Assembly (NCBI GenBank): GCA_964654295.1
Contig: CAZZJE010000001.1
Span: 1 to 41,933, forward strand
DNA length: 41,933 nucleotides
Direction of reading: 5' to 3'
DNA from: an uncultured bacterium
GTDB lineage: Bacteria; Chlamydiota; Chlamydiia; Chlamydiales; JABDDJ01
The position numbers and the translations under genes are program-made. This document shows positions 1 to 6,977 of the stretch, one piece after another. The notes below the pieces were generated by a model that worked only from the letters and a program-made list of their open reading frames with translations, did not search any database and was not told the origin of the DNA. Each line of letters starts with the position of its first letter. Position 1 is the first letter of the stretch.

Positions 1-21
1 TTTGATTTATTTATTTTATTC

Positions 22-126
22 GGGCACGGGCACGGGCACGCACACGGGCACGAGGAGGATTAGGGGCACGAGGAGGGTCAGGGGCATGAGGAGGGTCAGG
101 GGCACGGGAGGGGGTGGTTAGGGCAC
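22..126. repeat. G-rich tandem repeat: GGGCAC hexamers grading into three ~18-bp units (GGGCACGAGGAGGGTCAG-like)
   Basis: Read directly from the sequence. GGGCAC occurs at 22-27, 28-33 and 34-39. The 18-bp units lie at about 46-63, 64-81 and 82-99, followed by a degenerate tail that overlaps the last codons of the 118..498 gene. The window starts inside or near the array, so it may extend upstream. Confidence 0.85.
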
Positions 127-498
127 AGGATTCCATTTCATCAGTTGTCCTTTGGGCGATAAGATGGGGCGATAGACCCAGGTATCTGGATTTTCACGCA
201 TCAATCGGTCGCATCCCATCATCACTCCCACAAAGAAATTATAGCGTCTCATGGCGTCAAGAGTATATTGTGAGCTGTTTGGGATATAGTGGCTACGCGG
301 CCCATCAGCAGGGGAGATCACTTTTTTATGAAAAAGAACCAGCCTTTCACCAATAGGGCCCAAGATAGGGGTTTTGCAATGGGGAGTGCAACATTGCTCT
401 GGTTTAGGATAGAGCAGATCACAATCTTTTCCCCAAGGCTCTTCGGCAGCTAATAGGGTTGGAAGGAGCAGAAGAAAAATAGCGATCTTTTTTAACAC
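118..498 (-). CDS. yidD: YidD-family (membrane protein insertion efficiency factor-like) protein; Cys-less variant with an N-terminal signal peptide
   Basis: The segment ISPADGPRSHYIPNSSQYTLDAMRRYNFFVGVMMGCDRLMRENP ... WNPVP* aligns by eye to the YidD core (ISP..GPRCRFxPTCSxY ... R..RC.P ... DPVP at the C-terminus). The N-terminus MLKKIAIFLLLLPTLLAAEE looks like a signal peptide. The start codon is GTG. Confidence 0.55.
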   Translation of the reverse strand: MLKKIAIFLLLLPTLLAAEEPWGKDCDLLYPKPEQCCTPHCKTPILGPIGERLVLFHKKVISPADGPRSHYIPNSSQYTLDAMRRYNFFVGVMMGCDRLMRENPDTWVYRPILSPKGQLMKWNPVP

Positions 499-513
499 GG
501 CTCTTCTCTAGCC

Positions 514-1467
514 TTAAAAAGTTTTGTTAAACATTAAAACAGGAAAGAGCCTGCATTCGATCAAGCTATCTTTAGCTACCTGCTCATAGAGTCTCTCATT
601 ATACTCTTTGGCAGCTAGGCCAGCGCCATTGATTCCTCCAAAGTACCAGCCTGCTTCTAAACTTGTCGTAATCAAGCCAGCAGCAATATATCCATTTTTA
701 AAAAAGGAGTAGCTGGCAGCGATAAAGAGGCTATTGATGACAAAGGAGGTGACGGCTGAGCGCTTTTGTCCGACGTAGGCATAGCCGGCTCCAGGCAGAA
801 TTGCATTCAATGTCTGCGCTTTTTTTACAGACAGAGCGCAGTTACAATAACGCTCTGTTAACAGGTCAACTCCGCAGGACTCGGGGCTATTGGCAGAGAG
901 ACATTGTGCACGGGTTAAGTCAGCATTGATGATGCTCTCCCCAATCTGAAGCCTACGGGCCGTGTCGGGATAGCGCTCTTGTAACAATTCCCAAAACTCT
1001 AAAGCTTTCTGATGGCAAAGCTTTTGGTAGGAGTCATAAAGCATGATCAACAGCTCTTCTAAAGCTGGAAAATCTTCTGGGATATCTAAGAGGGTGCTGG
1101 ATTCGAAGAAATTGATCGCATCCTGAAATTTATTTCCCAAATAGTAGCCTTCCACAATAGAGAACTCAATCTGATAGCGCCGCAGATCTTCATCTTCAGG
1201 CAGTAAAATCAACGCCCGCTTGTACGTTGTAATGGCGCGATAGAGATCGAGCTCCTTAGCAAAGGTTTGGGCAATATAGAGCTCTTTCCCCCACGCCTGT
1301 CTAAGCTCTTCTAAGCAGAGGGGCGGAAAAGCTGAAGGCGTAAGGGAGACAAACTGTTCAGGAACAGTATAACAGATCTGAGGCTCTAAACAGCAGCTCT
1401 TTGGATGACAACTTGTTAGCAACCAGGCTGGTAGGCACGCAAGGGTTAAAAGAAACCCGATTCTCAT
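514..1467 (-). CDS. TPR-repeat lipoprotein with a hydrophobic C-terminal region, translationally coupled to sctC; candidate secretin-associated factor
   Basis: The internal ATG at 1465-1467 overlaps the sctC TGA at 1464-1466 (ATGA). The signal peptide plus lipobox is MRIGFLLTLACLPAWLLTSC. The middle of the protein has TPR-like helices (YRAITTYKRALILLPED..., EGYYLGNKFQDAINFF). The C-terminus has Gly/Ala-rich hydrophobic segments. The longer ORF-track start at 1500 lies inside sctC and was not used. Confidence 0.6.
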   Translation of the reverse strand: MRIGFLLTLACLPAWLLTSCHPKSCCLEPQICYTVPEQFVSLTPSAFPPLCLEELRQAWGKELYIAQTFAKELDLYRAITTYKRALILLPEDEDLRRYQIEFSIVEGYYLGNKFQDAINFFESSTLLDIPEDFPALEELLIMLYDSYQKLCHQKALEFWELLQERYPDTARRLQIGESIINADLTRAQCLSANSPESCGVDLLTERYCNCALSVKKAQTLNAILPGAGYAYVGQKRSAVTSFVINSLFIAASYSFFKNGYIAAGLITTSLEAGWYFGGINGAGLAAKEYNERLYEQVAKDSLIECRLFPVLMFNKTF

Positions 1468-4400
1468 TGAATTGGCTCGTTTGTGACTTCCCAATCGCAC
1501 TTAGGTCCACAGCCGACGCGCCCTCTGATATTGCCCCATTCGAGAGCGCCCTCTACCTCATGTTTCCACATAGGTGTAATGCGGTTCTTCCACTTCCAAA
1601 CATCTTGCTGGTGACGTGTGATATTGACCATCTCTTCTTCGGTATCAATTAGTTTTGGACGAATAAAAATCAATAAGTTGCGTTTTGTGTCCAATTTGCG
1701 AACATTGCTAAATGCCGATCCAATATAGGGGATACCGCCCAAACAAGGCACGTTATAGCGTGTCCAGCGATCGTCGTCATTGATATTACCGCTCAAGATT
1801 AGGAAGAATCCGTCAGGGAGATGAACGCGCGTTTTAGTATTGCTTTTACGCGTTGTTGGCCCCGGGTCCAGATTCGCCAAGCCAGCCGAGGTTTGACCTC
1901 CTGTTGTAGGAGCAATACTGCTGACCTCTTCTTCAATCTCTAAGGTGATAATATTTGTCGGCCCAAGCATAGGGGTCACCTTCATGCGAGTTCCAACATC
2001 GCGGAACTCAAAGTTTGAGGTGACAATGCTACCTTGGTCGTTAGAGATCGACTGCGTTAAAAAGCGAGTGTTAATACCAACGAAAATTTCAGCTGGAACA
2101 TTATCTTCCGTCACAATTTTGGGGTTTAAGACAATGTTGCTTGTTCCTAGCTGATGGAGGGCTTCAACCAGGGCTCCAATGGAGCTGAATTCCAACCCAA
2201 AGCATTTATGCACAATATTGCGGCCAATAATGCCGAGTGTATACCCTTGCTCGAATCCAGCTAACGGCGAGGCATCAGGTGTCGCAGGAATTAGAGATCC
2301 CGTCGAGCTTCCATCGACACGAGCACGGCCCCCAATTCCAAGAGCGTTTGCAAGTGGATTTCCTCCCGTCACAAATCCTTGAGCGCCAGCTGTATCACCG
2401 CCACCAAATTTAGATCCCCAGTTCACTCCATAGTTTAGGGCATCGTCGACTGTGGTATCGAGAATTAACATCTCGATAAATACCTGGCGTAAGGGAGTAT
2501 CAATCTCTAAAATAAGTTCGCGCACTTTTTCAATTTGAGCAGGTGGGCCTGCGATTACAAGCGAGTTAGACTCTTCGAGCCACTGCACGCTATTAATCGT
2601 TGCTAGCAGGGCTGCGTTGTTCTCTGCTGATTGCGATAGGCTGGTACCAATCTGTTGAATTGCTGCCTGGACCATGTCTCCCTTGCGGAACTGCAGCTTA
2701 TGGATATAAAACTTTGTTTGCTCGACAAATCCAACTGGAAGTTGAGGGTTAAGCCTGGCAAAGCGAGTTAGCTGAGTCGATGTAATCGATTCACCTGGGT
2801 CTAACACAAACTGCCAGTTTCCATTGATATCGCGCGTCCAGCGTCCTCTGGGAGCTGGCAGCGGATCATGGTCAAGATCAATCACTCTGCCTTCAGCATT
2901 TGCTTTTTGTAGCTCTTGAACGCGCGTTAAGCCGGTACGTAGGTTTCCTGCTGGAAGTCCATTAGCATCTAGCAATTCGGAAGGAATGCCTCCTGGTGTT
3001 CCACCCACATCTTCTTGGAAGATCCAATTTCCATTGCCGTCTGTTGCCCAGCGTCCTCGAGGCGGTTGATCACCTTTTCTGTCTTGAGGTAAATTGTAGA
3101 TCCAGCTGCCATTGGGATCGATGCTCCAGTGACCGTCTTGGATGGTCTGGTCGGCACCTTCCGAAGCTCCCGTTGCCAGCTGATGACCCTCTTCATCGCG
3201 TAAGATTTCAATATTCCCTCCAGGGCCTGTTCTAACACCTCTAATACCACCCGGACTTCCCGGTCCCCCTGGCCGGCCTTGCTGTGCTGCATTTAACCCT
3301 TTTTTCCATTCATTAAAGGAGCGAAACTCCACATCTTTTAGATCGTAAACGCCTGTCGTTCCACTGTTCTGGTCTAAGCGCTGCAGGATAGGGATGACGC
3401 GCTCGAGTAGAAAGGGAGTAGAAATGATGAAAATGCTTTCTGAAGACTTTTGAGGAACGAACATTAAGATCTGGCCCTGTGCAATAGGCTGCATGACCTG
3501 TTCAGCTACCTGGACTAAGGCGTCAAGATCTGTATTACGTACGGCATACTGACCAACAGTAAGGCCAGATTGCGGCGAATCCATGCTTTTTAAGAGTGTG
3601 GAGACCTGATCGGTATTCACTCTAAAGTCAGTGACGACCAAGCTATTTGTTTTAGCCATCGGCTGTACAATAGAGGTGTCGGAGAGTAGCGACTTGACCA
3701 GCACTGCGGCATCATTAGCATCTAATGTGTTGAGAGCGAAAACACGTGTGACGATTTCTGACTGGCCACGGAACGTTTCTGGAAGTGTATCCGCTTCAAT
3801 TTTAGAGAGACCTCTGACACCTGGATTTTGGTAGATGATAAAGTCATCGCCATTTTGGATGAGGTTCAATCCATGAATCCTTAAAACTTGGATGAGCGCG
3901 ACAAGAACATCATCGATTGTTGTGGGTTCTTCAGAAACGATGGTGACGTTGAAGAGGAGCTCGTTTTCGTCAAAAATGAAGTTTTTATTAGTGACTCGGC
4001 TGAGGTAACGGATATATTCGATGATGCTGATATTATTGAAGCGGATTAGGATTGTGCGTCTATCCTCTAGTGTACGGCCGGGTTGATCGGCAGTTAGAAG
4101 ACCCGAGCCTTCGGCGTCGACAGTACCTTGTGCAATCAAAGCATCTAATGTTTGATCGAGAGAGAGCGCTTCATTTGGGGTGAGAGAGTATTGTTCACCA
4201 GTCGGAGTAATTAAAACCTTTCTGTTTTTTTCTGGTAGCTCGGCTTTAGAAGGCGTTAGCTCTGTCATAATCTTCAATTTTGAAGAGGGCTCTTCTATCA
4301 CCAGCTTTTTTTCTGGGGGAGATTGAAAGGCAGGCTTTATCTCGTTGAAGGCAGTTTTTTCAGGTAGGCTAGGTTTAGCTGCAGGCAGAGGGGATTCGCT

Positions 4401-5099
4401 CTCGGTAGCCCCTTTTTTTTGAATTTGAGACAGCTTTTTTGCTGCCTTCCAATTTTTTGAGCGAGTTTTATCTGTCTTCATTTGCGTCGATTCGCCCTGG
4501 ACATCGTCTAGCTGAGAGATCGTAGAAAGATCTTCTTTTTCAAGCCTATTAACGTTCTGAGACTGCAGCTCGATCCAGGCTGGAAGGCGAATACCAGCAG
4601 CATGCTTTTGAGTAAATGGAAAGTCTGCAGGCTGTTGGGTGTTATCAGAAATAGAAGATTCCTTCTCTTCTGAAGAATTGTCGTCGCTAGAATTGTCGTC
4701 AGTCCAAACGCCTGCTTTTCGTTCTTCAAAGCTGTTGACATGCTCTTTGGAATAGGCTAATGGAGTATTTTTTATAAGATCATAAGGAGCTAAAGGAGTA
4801 TGCGCATCCGTCAGCTGCTCCTTTTTGATAACGGCTGAGTTACTGGTTGTTAACTTATTGGAGGAATTACGATTGAGTTCTTTTAGCTCTTTTAAGGCTT
4901 CGTGAAGCTGAAGTGGGTTTTGATGACGCAGCTGGTTGCGCAGAATAGTTGACTGTAAAGCTTTCCTCGCACTCGTAAAGTCGAGGTTTTGTTCCTCTAA
5001 ACTATTTAGAGAAGGTAAACAGAAGCTATTACCGAGCAGGCAAGCGGCAAATAGCAGCTTCCAATGGATTCTCTTGTCTCGAGAAGCTTTTTTCTTCAT
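1464..5099 (-). CDS. sctC: T3SS outer-membrane secretin SctC (chlamydial CdsC type), 1211 aa
   Basis: ATG start with a signal peptide (WKLLFAACLLGNSFC). A long low-complexity N-terminal extension is followed by an N0-like domain (RTILIRFNNISIIEYIRYLSRVTNKNFIFDE). The C-terminal secretin domain includes VFIEMLILDTTVDDALNYGVNWG, NIVLNPKIVTEDNVPAEIFVG, GGIPYIGSAFSNVRKLDTKRNLLIFIRPKLI. Its position after pkn5 matches the CT673-CT674 arrangement. Confidence 0.93.
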   Translation of the reverse strand: MKKKASRDKRIHWKLLFAACLLGNSFCLPSLNSLEEQNLDFTSARKALQSTILRNQLRHQNPLQLHEALKELKELNRNSSNKLTTSNSAVIKKEQLTDAHTPLAPYDLIKNTPLAYSKEHVNSFEERKAGVWTDDNSSDDNSSEEKESSISDNTQQPADFPFTQKHAAGIRLPAWIELQSQNVNRLEKEDLSTISQLDDVQGESTQMKTDKTRSKNWKAAKKLSQIQKKGATESESPLPAAKPSLPEKTAFNEIKPAFQSPPEKKLVIEEPSSKLKIMTELTPSKAELPEKNRKVLITPTGEQYSLTPNEALSLDQTLDALIAQGTVDAEGSGLLTADQPGRTLEDRRTILIRFNNISIIEYIRYLSRVTNKNFIFDENELLFNVTIVSEEPTTIDDVLVALIQVLRIHGLNLIQNGDDFIIYQNPGVRGLSKIEADTLPETFRGQSEIVTRVFALNTLDANDAAVLVKSLLSDTSIVQPMAKTNSLVVTDFRVNTDQVSTLLKSMDSPQSGLTVGQYAVRNTDLDALVQVAEQVMQPIAQGQILMFVPQKSSESIFIISTPFLLERVIPILQRLDQNSGTTGVYDLKDVEFRSFNEWKKGLNAAQQGRPGGPGSPGGIRGVRTGPGGNIEILRDEEGHQLATGASEGADQTIQDGHWSIDPNGSWIYNLPQDRKGDQPPRGRWATDGNGNWIFQEDVGGTPGGIPSELLDANGLPAGNLRTGLTRVQELQKANAEGRVIDLDHDPLPAPRGRWTRDINGNWQFVLDPGESITSTQLTRFARLNPQLPVGFVEQTKFYIHKLQFRKGDMVQAAIQQIGTSLSQSAENNAALLATINSVQWLEESNSLVIAGPPAQIEKVRELILEIDTPLRQVFIEMLILDTTVDDALNYGVNWGSKFGGGDTAGAQGFVTGGNPLANALGIGGRARVDGSSTGSLIPATPDASPLAGFEQGYTLGIIGRNIVHKCFGLEFSSIGALVEALHQLGTSNIVLNPKIVTEDNVPAEIFVGINTRFLTQSISNDQGSIVTSNFEFRDVGTRMKVTPMLGPTNIITLEIEEEVSSIAPTTGGQTSAGLANLDPGPTTRKSNTKTRVHLPDGFFLILSGNINDDDRWTRYNVPCLGGIPYIGSAFSNVRKLDTKRNLLIFIRPKLIDTEEEMVNITRHQQDVWKWKNRITPMWKHEVEGALEWGNIRGRVGCGPKCDWEVTNEPIQ

Positions 5100-5273
5100 C
5101 GTCTTGCTTACAGGTTCAACTTGTCTAAAAAATCACTCTAGCTGGATTCCAAGCAGGATAATCTACTCTTATTAGAAACCGTGGCTCTCTTGTTAAAACG
5201 GTTAGTTATTCCAGATAGAGAATTTTATTTCCAGAGCAAAAATCAAATTTACGTTTTTGTGCCTCGAAACAGA

Positions 5274-5340
5274 TGTGGCGTAGGCTTTAGCCTACGCTTG
5301 TTTTGCAAGGTTTAACCTGCATCAAACTGTTGTCTAAAGC
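5274..5340. repeat. Palindromic intergenic element, family B (half copy)
   Basis: TGTGGCGTAGGCTTTAGCCTACGCTTGTTTTGCAAGGTTTAACCTGCATCAAACTGTTGTCTAAAGC is clearly homologous to 33534-33602. It contains a GCGTAGGCT/AGCCTACGC hairpin. Confidence 0.8.
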
Positions 5341-5341
5341 A

Positions 5342-5953
5342 CTACATCTTATAAGCTAATACAGAGAGGGGTCGATCGGATACGCCTGAAAGCAGAGAAA
5401 GACTCATTTTACGTAGTAAATTTTCAGCCTGTTGCTGTGTTGTAAAAGAGCTTTGATTTGAGGTGATTAATAGTTCTTTAAGAGCAGGAAGATCAGCAGG
5501 ATAATTACCTGAAAAGTTTTTATCTAAATTATTTAAGAAGAGAATCTCTTTTTCAGACCAATGGAGAACTTTTGGTTCGACAGGCTGACGGGAGTGGTAG
5601 TCTCCTAGATAGATAGAAGTGTCGGCAGAGAGTTCTGCATAGCTGCAGCTGGCGGGGTTAAAAATAATCAGAGGCTTGCCGTTATAAGAGAGATAGAGCA
5701 GAGTTTTAGTCGCTGGGTAGAGAAGGAGCAGCGAGGCTGTAAAGCGATACTCTAAAGGATCCGATCTAAGGTTTTCATGTAAGGCGTTCATAAATGCAAT
5801 CGGATCTTGATGCACTGGCAAAAGAGCTCTAAATGTCCCTCTCAAAGTTGCCATGGCAATCAATCCCTCACTTCCGTTAGCGGTGCTTTCAGCAAGGAAG
5901 GTTCCATAGCCATGGTTTGGAAATGTGATAAACTCGCAAAACAGTCCAGACAC
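5342..5953 (-). CDS. Degenerate PP2C/SpoIIE-like domain protein; in frame with the pkn5 kinase ORF across a single TAA
   Basis: This ORF is in the same frame as 6092..6967. All 46 codons at 5954-6091 are open. The GTG at 5951-5953 has no visible Shine-Dalgarno (SD) sequence. The read-through text ...LRLSQQAFFPSLPPDWPQIEVGIASHRPFGPVSGLFCEFITFPNHGYGTFLAESTANGSEGLIAMATLRG resembles the SpoIIE/RsbU entry motif (Q..LLP..lP...ie.a....Pa..vGGDFYD ... GDVSGHG..AAl.Ma), but with the metal-binding Asp residues replaced. Confidence 0.55.
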   Translation of the reverse strand: MSGLFCEFITFPNHGYGTFLAESTANGSEGLIAMATLRGTFRALLPVHQDPIAFMNALHENLRSDPLEYRFTASLLLLYPATKTLLYLSYNGKPLIIFNPASCSYAELSADTSIYLGDYHSRQPVEPKVLHWSEKEILFLNNLDKNFSGNYPADLPALKELLITSNQSSFTTQQQAENLLRKMSLSLLSGVSDRPLSVLAYKM

Positions 5954-6091
5954 CGGTCCGAAGGGTCGATGTGAAGCAATACCGACTTCAATCTGCGGCC
6001 AGTCTGGGGGAAGAGAGGGGAAAAAAGCTTGTTGAGAAAGTCTCAGTGATTCCGTGAGTTCGCTAGCTTGATCGTAAACTTGGCGCTCCTC

Positions 6092-6937
6092 TTACAAGTA
6101 AGTCGAATGTAGATAGGCCATGACGTCGCTGATAAAGTCAACCACATCTTGATAGCGGTCATCGGGAGAGTTTTGTAGGGAACGAGTTAAGATTTTTTGG
6201 ATGCCTTTGGGCATTAGAGATAAGTGGATTTGCCCTAAGCTTAACTTGCCCAAGATCAGCTCGTAGGTAATAATGCCTAAGGAGTAGATGTCGGAAGGAT
6301 AGCCTACCAAAGAGGGATCTTTTCTCTGTTCCGGGCTCATGTAGACAGGCGTTCCTAAAAAGCGGTAGCCTTCGCTGTTGTTGCCATCTTGATCGGTCAA
6401 AAGCTGGGAGATTCCAAAGTCAATCACTTTGACGACACCCTCTTCAGTCATTAAGACATTCTCAGGCTTTAAGTCGCGATGAATAATTCCATGTGCGTGT
6501 AGGTGGCAGAGAGCATAAGCAATGTCGATGACAATTTCGAGTGCACGTTTGAGCGAGAGAGGCGTTTGCAGCAGGTATTGCCGCAGTGAAATTCCTTGAA
6601 TAAACTCCATTGCAATATAGAGCCCTCCTTCCCAATGACCATAGCCGTAGAGTTTAACGATGTTGGGATGGTCAGCCATGGCAATGATCGAAGCTTCATT
6701 AAGAAAGCGCTGAACCATTTCGGGATGTGAGAGGTAGCGTGGGGAGAGGACTTTGATCGTCGTCGGCATCTTTGTTTCAGGGTGGGTACCTAAATAGAGG
6801 ATGCTAGTGCTGCCTTGGTCGAGAAGGCTTTCGACGGGATAGTCTCCAATTTTTTCTGGGACACTGATAGAGGCTGGGGGGAGAGGATGGAGGATACCGG
6901 GTAGTGTTGGCTGTTTATGAAAGGTTGGATCCGTCAT
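6092..6937 (-). CDS. pkn5: Hanks-type Ser/Thr protein kinase, Pkn5-like; kinase domain only, ending at TAA 6092-6094
   Basis: Contains the catalytic loop HRDLKPENVL, DFG (VIDFGIS), an SPEQ (APE-like) motif and a lysine in TIKVL. The ATG at 6935-6937 is preferred over the TTG at 6967. It lies between sctQ and sctC, as CT673 does. Confidence 0.85.
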   Translation of the reverse strand: MTDPTFHKQPTLPGILHPLPPASISVPEKIGDYPVESLLDQGSTSILYLGTHPETKMPTTIKVLSPRYLSHPEMVQRFLNEASIIAMADHPNIVKLYGYGHWEGGLYIAMEFIQGISLRQYLLQTPLSLKRALEIVIDIAYALCHLHAHGIIHRDLKPENVLMTEEGVVKVIDFGISQLLTDQDGNNSEGYRFLGTPVYMSPEQRKDPSLVGYPSDIYSLGIITYELILGKLSLGQIHLSLMPKGIQKILTRSLQNSPDDRYQDVVDFISDVMAYLHSTYL

Positions 6938-6977
6938 GATACCGCAAAAAAAAACCTCGGGAGTCAAACTGTGGCGA

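Noticed and set aside
16-120. Possible read-through of the YidD-like gene into the repeat (33 open codons after the TAA at 118-120).
   Set aside because: The protein already ends with the family-typical ..PVP C-terminus. The open frame is best explained by the 6- and 18-bp (multiple-of-3) repeat periodicity.
22-126. Whether the 18-bp tandem repeat could be a CRISPR array.
   Set aside because: The units are directly adjacent with no unique spacers, are far shorter than CRISPR repeats, and no cas genes are nearby.
1945-5175. Seven ORFs of 67-107 aa inside sctC or overlapping its 5' end (1945..2154, 2179..2382, 2969..3292, 2996..3235, 3631..3834, 4508..4741, 4936..5175), either antisense to it or on the same strand in another frame.
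   Set aside because: They overlap a well-supported 1211-aa secretin gene (4936..5175 extends 76 nt past the sctC start at 5099 into the upstream gap). They have odd composition and no SD, and most start at non-ATG codons. They are typical shadow ORFs.
118-6094. The idea that TAA might be reassigned or generally read through, given two cases of an open frame continuing after a TAA (118-120 and 6092-6094).
   Set aside because: TAA also ends other well-delimited genes in the window, for example sctF at 13306-13308 and cdsE at 14158-14160. Only the pkn5 case has homology-like signal beyond the stop.
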